From: Verrucomicrobiota bacterium
Lineage (GTDB): Bacteria > Verrucomicrobiota > Verrucomicrobiia > Opitutales > Coraliomargaritaceae
Assembly (NCBI GenBank): GCA_039182435.1
Contig: JBCDCC010000001.1
Location: 1-46,195 of the forward strand
Direction: 5' to 3'
DNA length: 46,195 bases
Shown: piece by piece, positions 29,372-39,132 of the stretch
Layout of the letters: each line of letters starts with the position of its first letter
Position numbering within the stretch: position 1 is the first letter of the stretch
The notes under the pieces: model-generated
What the model was told of the DNA's origin: nothing
Database searches by the model: none
Seen by the model: only the letters and a program-made list of their open reading frames with translations
Program-made: the position numbers and the translations under genes

Positions 29372-31792
29372 TTAAAAGCGTGTGCCGAAGGAAAAGTTGA
29401 ACTGAGCGCCACCATCGGAACCTTCTGGTGATGTGATGGGAATACCGAAATCGAGCTGAAGCGGCGAACCCAAAAGGAGCACACGAGCACCCACTCCCCA
29501 GTTGTCTGCATAGTCAGAAGCGCTGAAATCATATTCATCCTCATTCACGAAGCCCCAATCGTAGAACACGACGAGACCGAGAGGTTCCGCTACACGGAAA
29601 AGATACTCAAAGGAGACGAATCCGTAGGTATTACCACCAATGGATTCGTTGTCCGCCAGTGGGTCGCTGTCGCGAGGACCCACATCACGAAAATCAAAGC
29701 CGCGTAGATTATCCGGTCCACCTAAGTAAAAGCGGTCGTAGAATGGCACCGTATCCGAACTACCGAAAGGTGCGACCGTGCCTAAACGCGCAATGATGGA
29801 GAGCGATTGCTCGAATAAGGCCTCTGTCGTCGGGATGAAGTGTGCCACACGACCCTCCGTTTTGAAGTAGTTTACGTCACCACCCAAGCCGGCAAACTCG
29901 GAGGCGATACTGGTCCGGTTACCCTGACGAGTGAAAATCAGCGTGCGACGGGTATCGCGAAGGAATGTGATACCCACCTTGGAAACGAGGTCTTTGCCTT
30001 CAGCTGCTTGGAAGACATCGGGCACACCGTCACCCGTGTAGGAACCGTCTGGATTCTGGGGGATTGGAGGATCTTCAACATTCGGGAACGCTGCGACATC
30101 AAAGATCTCCACCAGCTCAAGACGATAGGACATCCGCGCCTCTACCAGTTCGAAAAGACGGCGACGTAGGTAGAGCTCAAAACCAGTCCGCAGCTCATTG
30201 TAGTCCGACGAATTAAAGTCCGACTCGGTTCTGAAGAGCTCCACACCAAAAGCGAGACGCTGCTCGAAGAGCCATGGCTCCTCGAAGGAGATCAGGATCT
30301 CATTACTCGAGGTGCCGATCGAGGCACGGAAACGGAACTTTTGTCCATCCCCTTGAAAACCGGAACGCCAGTTAAAGAGATCGAAGTTACCTTGGGAAAT
30401 TTCGAAGAAGACTGTCGCATTCTCGACCGAGCCGAAGCCAGCACCAAAAGTGAAGTTACCTGTGCGGCCTTCACGGACGGTGATGCCGAGGTCACGACGA
30501 CCAGGGATGTTGGTGATCTCTGGATTGAGGCGCACTTCCTCAAAGTAACTCGTGTTGTCCAAGCGCACTTGGCTGGTGTCCATACGTGTCATGTCGAAGA
30601 CATCCCCCGGACGAAGCGCCAGCTCGCGGATGATGACGCGGGACTTGGTCTTGGTGTTACCTTCTACGTTGATGGACTCGACGTAGAATTTCTCACTTTC
30701 GCGAATTCGATAGACCAAGTTGATATCCCGAGTCTCCATATCCGGCACACGTTCCGCACGCACGCGCGCATCAAGGTAACCGCGAGAGGTATAATACTCG
30801 CGCACTGCCGTCACGGCTTCATCGACTTTCTCCGGTGAGAAAGGATCGCCCTGCTTGATTCTCACATTAACAAGCAGCTCCGGCTCGGTGAAAATCGTCG
30901 CATTCTCGACCGACTGCGTGCCGAGGAAATAACGCTGCCCTTCAGCCACGGTGATACTGATCCAAAGTTTCTTCTTTGTGCGAAAGTCGAACTCGACCAA
31001 ATCCTCATCGACCACGACATCGAGGTAACCTTCATTGCGGTAAAACTGGCGGATCAGTTCGAGATCTTCCTTGAACTTAATTTCGTCAAACTTACCGGTG
31101 CCCGTGATCCAAGAGATCAAGCTGGACTTCTTGGTCGTCATCACCTTGCGCAGTTTCTTGTCCTTAAAGTTTTTGTTCCCTTCAAAGAGGACCTTACGAA
31201 TCTTCACTTTGCCGTTTTCGCTGATGTCGTAGAAGACCCGCGCATAACCAGTCTCAGTATCGCGCTCGATACGGTAATCCACCTCGGCATCCGGAAAGCC
31301 CTTCTCGATATAATACTCTTCGATCAGATCTGCGCCTTCACTGACTTGGAACTCATCCAGCGCGTAGCCTTCTTCCATCTCGGCCTTCTTAAGAAGACGA
31401 TTATCACGATACTTTTCATTCCCCGTGAAGACAATCTTCCGTATCGTAAATTTGGAGACTAGTTTGAAGACCACATCGATGCTGCCCTCCTCGGCCGGCT
31501 CTGCCTTAACCTCAACGAAATCGAAGCGGCCAGTCGAGTAGAGCGTGCGGATAGAGCGGTCCACCAGCGCCGGATTATAAACCATCCCTGGGCGCAATTG
31601 GACGTTACTGAAAACGAATTGCTCACTGACTCCCTTGAACCCGTCGAAAACCGCGCGAACTTCGTTGATGATGGGGTATTCCTCCTCCTGTTGTGCGGCC
31701 GCTGGATAAGTGAGAAGAATGCTCGCGAAACAAGTGAACAAGAAAGCGGATAAGAACTGAAAAGGACGCATAAGAAAAGGTTTTCGAATCAT
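29372..31792 (-). CDS. bamA: outer membrane protein assembly factor BamA
   Basis: 806 aa with a signal peptide and repeated POTRA-like modules. The C-terminal Omp85 beta-barrel ends in the aromatic beta-signal ...FNFSFGTRF. Confidence 0.95.
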   Translation of the reverse strand: MIRKPFLMRPFQFLSAFLFTCFASILLTYPAAAQQEEEYPIINEVRAVFDGFKGVSEQFVFSNVQLRPGMVYNPALVDRSIRTLYSTGRFDFVEVKAEPAEEGSIDVVFKLVSKFTIRKIVFTGNEKYRDNRLLKKAEMEEGYALDEFQVSEGADLIEEYYIEKGFPDAEVDYRIERDTETGYARVFYDISENGKVKIRKVLFEGNKNFKDKKLRKVMTTKKSSLISWITGTGKFDEIKFKEDLELIRQFYRNEGYLDVVVDEDLVEFDFRTKKKLWISITVAEGQRYFLGTQSVENATIFTEPELLVNVRIKQGDPFSPEKVDEAVTAVREYYTSRGYLDARVRAERVPDMETRDINLVYRIRESEKFYVESINVEGNTKTKSRVIIRELALRPGDVFDMTRMDTSQVRLDNTSYFEEVRLNPEITNIPGRRDLGITVREGRTGNFTFGAGFGSVENATVFFEISQGNFDLFNWRSGFQGDGQKFRFRASIGTSSNEILISFEEPWLFEQRLAFGVELFRTESDFNSSDYNELRTGFELYLRRRLFELVEARMSYRLELVEIFDVAAFPNVEDPPIPQNPDGSYTGDGVPDVFQAAEGKDLVSKVGITFLRDTRRTLIFTRQGNRTSIASEFAGLGGDVNYFKTEGRVAHFIPTTEALFEQSLSIIARLGTVAPFGSSDTVPFYDRFYLGGPDNLRGFDFRDVGPRDSDPLADNESIGGNTYGFVSFEYLFRVAEPLGLVVFYDWGFVNEDEYDFSASDYADNWGVGARVLLLGSPLQLDFGIPITSPEGSDGGAQFNFSFGTRF

Positions 31793-31795
31793 CGT

Positions 31796-33232
31796 CTAGC
31801 GCGAGAAATTTTCGTATCGGGTGTAGCGTCGGACGAAGGTCAAGTCGATATCCCCTACTGGTCCGTTACGCTGTTTGGCAATGATTAATTTGATCCGCTC
31901 CGAGTCACCGGGCAATCCGCCCTCTTCGACACCTTCATCACCGTCCCGGCGCTTCGGTCGGCTCAGGAGGAGCACCACGTCGGCATCCTGCTCGATGGAG
32001 CCGGATTCACGAAGGTCCGAGAGTCGTGGGTCGCGGTTATCTTTCTCCGACTCACGATTGAGCTGGGAGAGCACGACGACAGGCACATTGAGCTCCTTCG
32101 CCATGCCTTTCATGCCGCGAGAAATATCGGCGATCTGCTGCTCACGCTGCACACGATTATCGGTGCCACGGATCAGCTGCAGATAATCGACCACAACAAG
32201 CCCGAGCGGACTTTTGGTGTGGAGACGACGTGCTTTGGCCCGCAAGTCGAGAATTGTCGAGTTGGACGCATCATCGATCCAGAGGGGTGCTGACTTGAGT
32301 TCATTCACAGTAGAGGCAATCTCAGTTGAATCCTGCTTCGAGATCACACGGTCCCGAATGCGCTTCATATCAACCCGAGCGCGGCTGCAAATCAAACGCA
32401 TGGCGAGCTGAGCCGCCGTCATTTCCAAGCTGAAGACCAGCACACCGGCTGGCGTGCCACCACCATCAGGCAAGATGGCGTGCTCAGCAAAGTTCATCGC
32501 CAAACTGGTCTTACCGACCGATGGACGGGCGGCCAAAACGATCATCTCACCGGGATGGAAGCCATAGGTCATGCCATCCAGATCGCGAAAGCCGGACATC
32601 ACGCCATTGGCGTCGTCCTTGCCATTAAGTAGCGCATTGATATCCGCAACCGCAAGGTCGAGGGATTCACGAATGGGTTTGGCCGAGTCGGTGACTCGAT
32701 CACGGCTGATTTCGAAGACATCCTGCTCGATCTTTTCAAGGAAGCTAGACATGTCTTCCTGCTGCTCGTAACAAGCTTCGATCGCCTCACGGGATGTGCG
32801 GATCAGGCGACGCAGCAGGTATTTATCTTGCACAATTCGCGCGAAGTAGCGCGCGTGGGTCGGCGTTTCGATCCGATTCTGGATCGTGTAGATCGCATTG
32901 ATCCCGCCGACTTCCTCATCGAGACCGTTCTTCCGGAGATGCTCGTAGAGCAGGATCTCATCAATCGGATCGCCCGTCTCATAGAGCGAGAGGAGAGCTT
33001 GGTAAATTTGCTGGTGGGATGCCTTGTAAAAGTATTCCGCACTGATCTTTGCCTCGATGCATTCGGTCAGGACGTCGCGTCCACCATCGATCAAACAAGC
33101 CGCAAGCAGGCCTTCCTCAGCTTCGAGGTTATGCGGCTGCACACGCAACTCATCCCCGATGAGCTCGGGACGTGCTTGTTGACGAGCGTCTTTACTGCGT
33201 GCTTTTGAAAAAGACGGAGAATCGGGCGGCAT
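31796..33232 (-). CDS. dnaB: replicative DNA helicase DnaB
   Basis: 478 aa with [15 protein letters not shown] at the N-terminal domain, Walker [16 protein letters not shown], Walker B VVVDYLQL and SQLNRESE. The stop is 3 nt from the bamA start. Confidence 0.95.
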   Translation of the reverse strand: MPPDSPSFSKARSKDARQQARPELIGDELRVQPHNLEAEEGLLAACLIDGGRDVLTECIEAKISAEYFYKASHQQIYQALLSLYETGDPIDEILLYEHLRKNGLDEEVGGINAIYTIQNRIETPTHARYFARIVQDKYLLRRLIRTSREAIEACYEQQEDMSSFLEKIEQDVFEISRDRVTDSAKPIRESLDLAVADINALLNGKDDANGVMSGFRDLDGMTYGFHPGEMIVLAARPSVGKTSLAMNFAEHAILPDGGGTPAGVLVFSLEMTAAQLAMRLICSRARVDMKRIRDRVISKQDSTEIASTVNELKSAPLWIDDASNSTILDLRAKARRLHTKSPLGLVVVDYLQLIRGTDNRVQREQQIADISRGMKGMAKELNVPVVVLSQLNRESEKDNRDPRLSDLRESGSIEQDADVVLLLSRPKRRDGDEGVEEGGLPGDSERIKLIIAKQRNGPVGDIDLTFVRRYTRYENFSR

Positions 33233-33269
33233 TGGACGTATGGCTGTCTAGGTGACCGCGACCGACTGC

Positions 33270-33767
33270 TTAATCCTCGTCTTCTTCGGCGTCGTCTGTC
33301 GCTTCAACGATTGGGTTTTCAGAAACGACTTCAAACTTCAACTCAGCCTCAACATCGCTGTGCACCTTAACGGCAGCTGTGTGAGAACCAAGCTCCTTGA
33401 TCGGCGCAGGCAGGCCGAGCTGCTTCTTGCCAAGCTCGATGCCTTCTTCCTTCAAGCGTTCGATAAGATCATTGGCAGTGACTGCGCCAAACATCTTGCC
33501 GCCTTCACCGGTCTTCACCGCGATCGCGAGGCTAGTGCCTGCGATGCGCTCTGAAAGTGCGCGCGCTTCTTCGAACTCTTTTTGTTCACGAGCTTCACGA
33601 GCTTTGAGAAGGGCTTCGACGTGCTTCTTGTTAGACTGCGTGATCGGCAAGGCAAGCTTCCGCGGAAGCAGGAAATTACGTGCGTATCCGGAACGGACGG
33701 TCACTGTGTCGCCTTCGGCGCCAAGACCTTGGATGGGTTGTAAGAGGAGAACCTGGTTGTTGGCCAT
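33270..33767 (-). CDS. rplI: 50S ribosomal protein L9
   Basis: 165 aa. MANNQVLLLQPIQGLGAEGDTVTVRSGYARNFLLPRKLA is the L9 N-domain signature. A long helix, the C-domain and an acidic tail follow. Confidence 0.95.
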   Translation of the reverse strand: MANNQVLLLQPIQGLGAEGDTVTVRSGYARNFLLPRKLALPITQSNKKHVEALLKAREAREQKEFEEARALSERIAGTSLAIAVKTGEGGKMFGAVTANDLIERLKEEGIELGKKQLGLPAPIKELGSHTAAVKVHSDVEAELKFEVVSENPIVEATDDAEEDED

Positions 33768-33821
33768 GATGAATCGATGTGTTTAAAGGTTACGTTTAGA
33801 AAGAATGGAGATGCTTAGCAC

Positions 33822-34265
33822 TTAGAAAGGGACATCTTCGTCCAGCGTGTCATCTGCTGGAGTTGATGATGCGGAAGTGGGTCGTGCAGGCGGGGAGCTG
33901 GCTTCGTAACCACCGCCACCGGAGGAGTCATTATCATCGCGTCCACCGACGAACTGGAAGTTCTCTAGAACGACGCTGAGCTTGCTGCGCTTCTGCCCAT
34001 CACTCTCCCATTGGTCGAGCTTGAGACGGCCTTCGACCATGATCGGACGACCCTTGCGCATGTATTTGCTAATAACTTCTGCTTGACGACCGAAGGCGTC
34101 GATATCGACGAATGTAGTCTCTTCGCGGCGCTCACCATCCTTGGTGTTATAGGCGCGGGAGACGGCGAGACCCAGCTTGCAGATCGAATTGCCATTGGCT
34201 GTCACGCGCAGCTCGGGATCACGGGTGAGGTTACCGAGAAGGATGACTTTATTAAAAGATGCCAT
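33822..34265 (-). CDS. ssb: single-stranded DNA-binding protein
   Basis: 147 aa. The OB fold begins MASFNKVILLGNLTRDPELR, followed by a Gly-rich linker and the acidic tip DEDVPF. Confidence 0.95.
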   Translation of the reverse strand: MASFNKVILLGNLTRDPELRVTANGNSICKLGLAVSRAYNTKDGERREETTFVDIDAFGRQAEVISKYMRKGRPIMVEGRLKLDQWESDGQKRSKLSVVLENFQFVGGRDDNDSSGGGGYEASSPPARPTSASSTPADDTLDEDVPF

Positions 34266-34286
34266 GGCGATTCGCGCTTAGAAAAA

Positions 34287-34586
34287 TTACTGATTTTGGA
34301 TGAAAATACGGTTCACACGTCTGTCGAGGCGGAACTTCTCCTGGAAGTTTGCAGGCACAGTGCTGTCCGCTTCGAAGAATACTTCGAGGTAGTGCCCCTG
34401 AGCGAAACGGTGATCCGCTGCGCGAGCAAATTCACGAACACCGAGATCTTCGCCGGTAGTGGCCTGTGCGCCGATGGAGCCCAGGACTTCCTTGATGTCG
34501 GTCAGGACTTTTTCTGCGTCGTCCTCTGTGCCGCGAAGGTCGAGGATGATGCTTGCTTTGTATTTCTTGAGTGTGATTGCGCTCAT
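34287..34586 (-). CDS. rpsF: 30S ribosomal protein S6
   Basis: 99 aa. The sequence is divergent but follows the S6 pattern: Y..S.ILD......E.....I.......G......EDLGVREFA.......GHY....F.A.......F....RLD..V.R. Its position directly upstream of ssb supports the call. Confidence 0.85.
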   Translation of the reverse strand: MSAITLKKYKASIILDLRGTEDDAEKVLTDIKEVLGSIGAQATTGEDLGVREFARAADHRFAQGHYLEVFFEADSTVPANFQEKFRLDRRVNRIFIQNQ

Positions 34587-34587
34587 G

Positions 34588-35169
34588 CTAGGATGCCGTG
34601 CGTTGGTTGATGAAGTTCATTGAGGGCTCAGGGCCCAAGTGAATGATTTGTTGAAGATGTTCGATATAATCGGGAGTCCGGCTTTCGACGAGGGCGTCTT
34701 CCGTCCGGGAAAATTTGGATAATACGTAATCGGCAAGGTCCATTTCTTTATGAGGTTTCGCGCCGATCCCTATACGGTAACGGAAGAAACCAGCCCCCAC
34801 TGTATCGAGAAGATCGGAGACACCATTGTGCCCTCCAGCACTTCCGTCGCGACTAAGCTTAGCCCGGGCGAGATCGAGTGTGATGTCGTCATAAATGATC
34901 AGGAGGTGTTCCGCACTCATTTTACGGTATCGCAGAATCGCACTGATCGAACGTCCGCTCGCATTCATAAAAGTCTGCGGTTTGACCAGTATTACCTTTT
35001 TGTCATCGATGGTGATGATGGCTGTCTCCGCCTCAAACTTTTGCTCCATCTTCCACTTCGCGCCATGCTTCGCCGCGAAACGGTCAATCAGATGAAACCC
35101 GAGGTTGTGGCGGGTTTTGCGGTATTTGGACCCCGGATTTCCGAGGCCGGCAATGACCGCTATGGACAT
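34588..35169 (-). CDS. pth: peptidyl-tRNA hydrolase
   Basis: 193 aa with AGLGNPGSKYRKTRHNLGF (catalytic His), IIYDDITLDL and GHNGVSD. Confidence 0.95.
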   Translation of the reverse strand: MSIAVIAGLGNPGSKYRKTRHNLGFHLIDRFAAKHGAKWKMEQKFEAETAIITIDDKKVILVKPQTFMNASGRSISAILRYRKMSAEHLLIIYDDITLDLARAKLSRDGSAGGHNGVSDLLDTVGAGFFRYRIGIGAKPHKEMDLADYVLSKFSRTEDALVESRTPDYIEHLQQIIHLGPEPSMNFINQRTAS

Positions 35170-35222
35170 ATTGAAAAGAACAGGTGTGCACTGAAATGTG
35201 CACTGGTTGAATTTGAAAAAAT

Positions 35223-35870
35223 TTACTCGGCGTCGTCTGACTTCACCTTAGTTGCAGGGACTTCGGCCGCATCTGCTGGCTCCGCGTCTTCGGTAGATTC
35301 GACTGTAACAGTTGGCGCTTGGACGGAAACGATGACAAGTGAAGGGTCACCTAGGTATTCGACACCTTCGATCACTGGGAGGTCGCTGATGTGAATCGCA
35401 CCACCTACGGAAAGGTCAATCACATCAACTTCCACGTGATCCGGAAGCTTGGATGGGCGGCAACGAATCTCGACTTCGTGTGCCTTGTGGTCGAGCACAC
35501 CACCCTCATTCTTAACTCCCGTAGCTTCGCTTTGGTTGACGAGCTGCACCGGAACGTGAGTCACGAAGCTGTGGCCACGCGCGACCTCTTGGAAATCGAT
35601 ATGCTCGACGGTATCCTTTGTCGCGTGATGCTGCACATCTTGGATCAAAGAAAGCGCTTTCTCGCCCTTTTCATCAACGAGCTCAACAAGAGCGGCACCT
35701 CCGCCGATCTCACGATTCAGTGCGCGGAAATCGACTGCAGAGACGCTGATAGAACGTGCACTTCCATTCGCAGAGATATTTGCGGGGATCTTTCCTTCAG
35801 AGCGAAGGCGGCGGGCTACGCCGCGACCAGTTGCTTCGCGGGTAAGAACGTTGAGTGTGTGTTGGTCCAT
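35223..35870 (-). CDS. rplY: 50S ribosomal protein L25 / general stress protein Ctc (long form)
   Basis: 215 aa with TREATGRGVARRLRSEGKIPANI, an L25 beta-barrel, a Ctc C-terminal domain and an acidic tail. It lies upstream of pth, the conserved ctc-pth pair. Confidence 0.9.
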   Translation of the reverse strand: MDQHTLNVLTREATGRGVARRLRSEGKIPANISANGSARSISVSAVDFRALNREIGGGAALVELVDEKGEKALSLIQDVQHHATKDTVEHIDFQEVARGHSFVTHVPVQLVNQSEATGVKNEGGVLDHKAHEVEIRCRPSKLPDHVEVDVIDLSVGGAIHISDLPVIEGVEYLGDPSLVIVSVQAPTVTVESTEDAEPADAAEVPATKVKSDDAE

Positions 35871-36063
35871 GACTGAAAAGGTGTAATTTGGTGGCGCTGT
35901 GTAGGGCGCTGAAATTTGAGAAAACCGCGCACATTAAAATAGGGCCTTCGAAAAGCAATCTAAACTTAGAATTTTTTCACAATGCGAATATCGGCTCTCT
36001 TTCAGGTCTCCAGCCGCCAAATTCCACTCGCCTCTTTGAGCCCGAATTGTCTTTTTCTGTCAG

Positions 36064-37275
36064 ATGTCGCAAGATCCCACACCTCCGTTGACGCCAGAGC
36101 GACTGGCCGCTCTCGAAGCGATTTCGGTCGAGGCGCTTTCGACGCCCAGTTACGTCGTCCATGAGGGCCGGTTGAAAGAGAATTGCGCGCTTTTGGAACA
36201 GGTCGCCCGCGAGTCCGGTGCCAAGGTCCTACTCGCCCTCAAAGGCTTTGCCTGCTTCAGCACATTCCCTCTGATCAAGCAGTCGCTGAGCGGGACCACA
36301 TCCAGCGGACTTCATGAAGCGCTGCTAGCCTACGAGAGCTTCGGCAAGGAGGTGCATGTCTATTCACCTGCCTATAAGCCAGAAGAACTCACCCATTTGA
36401 GCCGCTTTGCCCACAGCCTCGTCTTTAATTCCATCAATCAACTCGCTACCGGCATTCAACAACTCGGGCAGCTCTCCAAGCGCCCGGAACTGGGTCTACG
36501 AGTGAACCCGGAATACTCGGAGGTCGAAACCGAGCTCTATGACCCCTGCTCGCCGGATTCACGTCTTGGCACCACCCGAGAGGCAATGGATGCCGCAATC
36601 TCGCTGCTCCCCGAAGACCCCTTAGCCGCGATCGACGGACTCCATTTCCACGCACTCTGTGAACAAGATGCCGATGCGCTTGAGGCCACGGTCGCCGCAT
36701 TTGAAGCAAAATTCGGCCATCTGCTTCCTCGCCTCAAATGGGTCAACTTCGGCGGCGGCCACCACATCACCCGCCCAGGCTACGATATCGAGCGTCTTTG
36801 CCGAATAGTGAAAGACTTCCGGGCGCGCTTCGACTTGGAGGTCTACCTTGAGCCGGGCGAAGCGGTCGCACTGCATACCGGCATCCTCGTCACCTCTGTC
36901 CTCGATATCGTTGAGGCCGGAGGCATTCAAACTGCGATCATCGACTCCTCTGCCACCTGCCACATGCCCGATGTTTTGGAAATGCCCTACCGCCCCGCCA
37001 TCCTCAACGCAGAGGAGCCAGACTCGCTCCCGCACAACTATCGCATCGGCGGCCTGTCCTGCCTGGCTGGCGATGTGGTCGGCGATTATTCCTTTCGCAG
37101 ACCCCTTGAAGTTGGCGACAAAATCGTCTTCTTAGATATGTCTCATTATACGATGGTGAAGACGACGACCTTCAACGGTGTGCCTCTACCCTCGATTTGT
37201 AGGTATGTTCCTGAGAGGGGCCTAGAGCTCGTTCGGCGATTCGGATACGAGGATTATAAGGGCAGACTTTCATAA
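36064..37275 (+). CDS. nspC: carboxynorspermidine/carboxyspermidine decarboxylase
   Basis: 403 aa with STPSYVVHEGRLKENCALLEQV, the PLP-Lys context VLLALKGF, EVHVYSPAYK and GGLSCLAGDV. This is the fold-III decarboxylase pattern of NspC. Confidence 0.9.
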   Translation: MSQDPTPPLTPERLAALEAISVEALSTPSYVVHEGRLKENCALLEQVARESGAKVLLALKGFACFSTFPLIKQSLSGTTSSGLHEALLAYESFGKEVHVYSPAYKPEELTHLSRFAHSLVFNSINQLATGIQQLGQLSKRPELGLRVNPEYSEVETELYDPCSPDSRLGTTREAMDAAISLLPEDPLAAIDGLHFHALCEQDADALEATVAAFEAKFGHLLPRLKWVNFGGGHHITRPGYDIERLCRIVKDFRARFDLEVYLEPGEAVALHTGILVTSVLDIVEAGGIQTAIIDSSATCHMPDVLEMPYRPAILNAEEPDSLPHNYRIGGLSCLAGDVVGDYSFRRPLEVGDKIVFLDMSHYTMVKTTTFNGVPLPSICRYVPERGLELVRRFGYEDYKGRLS

Positions 37276-37338
37276 TTTCGTTACAAAGGATTACATTGTA
37301 TCCAGTAGCCGAAGACTGATAGGGTGTTTACCTGTATC

Positions 37339-37482
37339 ATGAATAAACCATCTGCCGCAGGAATTGGACTTGGGCTCTTGCTACTCGCTATGGCAATTGG
37401 ATCGACCCTGTTGATCTTCAAATTACGTGAGGGAAAAACAGTTCAGCCTGAGGGACCGTTCACTGAGTCAGCACAGCCATGA
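37339..37482 (+). CDS. candidate small single-pass membrane protein (47 aa), not in the supplied ORF track
   Basis: My translation is MNKPSAAGIGLGLLLLAMAIGSTLLIFKLREGKTVQPEGPFTESAQP, with one hydrophobic helix followed by a KLREGK stop-transfer-like stretch. Its TGA (37480-37482) overlaps the ATG (37479-37481) of the histidine kinase gene as ATGA. Confidence 0.45.
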   Translation: MNKPSAAGIGLGLLLLAMAIGSTLLIFKLREGKTVQPEGPFTESAQP

Positions 37483-38570
37483 ATCTGGAGGAGCACACAT
37501 TCATCCGATGCATCCGCGAAGATCGTCGCGACATCATCGTCAGTGAAGTAGAGATCCTCGATCTCTTCGCAGGTGAAATGATTTTTCCCGAGCAAAGCGC
37601 ACCGGACGCGCTCTTTCTGATCCTCAAGGGCTCGGTCGTCTTCACCAAAGAGAAACCAGACGGTAGCCTACAGAACGTAAGCGAAGCCATGGAAGGAGCT
37701 TTCTTCGGGGAAGTCGGCGTCTTTACAGGAGAGGCACGCGCACTGGGTGCCCGAGCGCATCGCGATGCCATCATCGCTCGCGTGCCGGAAACCACGGTCA
37801 AAAAGATCATCGAAGATGCAGAGCCTGTCCGAAAAATTCTCGAAAGCGTGATCAGCCACCTCAAGAGCACGACCAGCCACTACATGGAAAACGTCATGCA
37901 TCGGGAGAAGCTGCTGCTCGTCGGAACCATGGTCTCCTCGATCCTCCACGATTTTAAAAATCCTTTTGCGATCATCAGCCTAGGGTCCGCCCTCCTCAAG
38001 CAACGCCATGCAGACGATCCCAAATCCGCACGACTCTGCGACGACATTGAAACCCAAATTCGACGAATGGTCGATATGGCGAAAGACCTCACCTCTTTTT
38101 CGCGCGGCGAAGAAACCATCGAGCTCTCCTACATCTCGATTGGTCAGCTATTCGACTACTTCCGAGAGTTGAATGGCCCCTTCTTCAATGACTCCAGCGT
38201 AGAGATCCGGATGGAGGCCAATAAGACTTCGATTCACGGCGACGCGAGCAAACTACTCCGCGTTCTCCAAAATCTCGTCGCTAACTCGATTGATGCGATC
38301 CATCAAAGCGAAGGAACCGGGCAGATAGAAATCCTCGCGACCGAGGACGCGGAAACCCTCGTTCTAGCAATCACTGACAATGGCCCAGGCATTCCCGCTG
38401 AGATCCAAGATGAATTTTTCAAACCCTTCGTCACCTACGGCAAAAACGAAGGCACTGGGCTTGGCACCGCCATTGTGAAGTCGATCATCGAAGCACACAA
38501 CGGCAGCATCGATTTCACCACTGGCGAGCAGGGAACCACGTTCACCATCAAGCTGCCCAAGGGAGGTTGA
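37479..38570 (+). CDS. soluble sensor histidine kinase with N-terminal cyclic-nucleotide-binding (CAP_ED-like) domain
   Basis: 363 aa with no TM segment. The cNMP-binding-like region reads LFLILKGSV...FFGEVGVFTGEARALGARA. Kinase motifs are the H-box SSILHDFKNPF, N-box LLRVLQNLVANSIDA, G1 ITDNGPGIP, F-box FFKPFVTYG and G2 GTGLGTAIVKSI. Confidence 0.85.
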   Translation: MNLEEHTFIRCIREDRRDIIVSEVEILDLFAGEMIFPEQSAPDALFLILKGSVVFTKEKPDGSLQNVSEAMEGAFFGEVGVFTGEARALGARAHRDAIIARVPETTVKKIIEDAEPVRKILESVISHLKSTTSHYMENVMHREKLLLVGTMVSSILHDFKNPFAIISLGSALLKQRHADDPKSARLCDDIETQIRRMVDMAKDLTSFSRGEETIELSYISIGQLFDYFRELNGPFFNDSSVEIRMEANKTSIHGDASKLLRVLQNLVANSIDAIHQSEGTGQIEILATEDAETLVLAITDNGPGIPAEIQDEFFKPFVTYGKNEGTGLGTAIVKSIIEAHNGSIDFTTGEQGTTFTIKLPKGG

Positions 38571-38649
38571 TTTTCTCAAAGATCTGGCTCTGCAAAAGAG
38601 GTTGCCTCAGATCATCAAAGCTCCCAACCAGCAAAGTCTAAGCGTGCTG

Positions 38650-39120
38650 CTAAGCTTTGCGCATTGCAGCCTTCTTGATCGCTGCGAACTCCACCTCCGA
38701 CACCGGCATGACAGAGAGGCGGTTCCCCTTCTGCAAAGCGCGCATCTCCGCAAGTTCGGGCATCGACTTCATTTCTTCCAACGAGACCAGTCGCTTAAGA
38801 TCAGCTGCATAGGCTACATCAACGAGGATCCATCGGGGCTTATCAGGGTCACTCTTCGGGTCAAAGTATTTTGATTCTTGGTCAAAAGCTGTCGGATCGG
38901 GATAGGGCTCACTCGCAACCTTTGCGATCCCCGCAACCCCCGGGGGATTTGTATTCGAATGATAGAAAAGGATCTGATCACCGACCTTCATTACATCCCG
39001 CATGAAGTTGCGTGCCTGATAATTGCGCACCCCATCCCAGGGCTCGGTCTGATTCGGACAGGCCTTCAAATCGTCGAAGGAAAAAACATCCGGCTCGGAC
39101 TTCATTAACCAGTAATTCAT
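38650..39120 (-). CDS. EVE domain protein (PUA-like fold)
   Basis: 156 aa. MNYWLMKSEPDVFSFDDL......WDGVRNYQARNFMRD.MKVGDQILFYHSN is the typical standalone EVE-domain N-terminal pattern. Confidence 0.85.
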   Translation of the reverse strand: MNYWLMKSEPDVFSFDDLKACPNQTEPWDGVRNYQARNFMRDVMKVGDQILFYHSNTNPPGVAGIAKVASEPYPDPTAFDQESKYFDPKSDPDKPRWILVDVAYAADLKRLVSLEEMKSMPELAEMRALQKGNRLSVMPVSEVEFAAIKKAAMRKA

Positions 39121-39132
39121 CGCAGTTGTGAT

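Noticed and set aside
35891-35911. Direct repeat GGCGCTG ... GGCGCTG in the rplY/nspC divergent region, considered as a possible regulatory repeat or ribosomal-protein leader.
   Set aside because: It is a 7-nt repeat occurring twice, with no associated hairpin or known leader motif. That is not enough to call.
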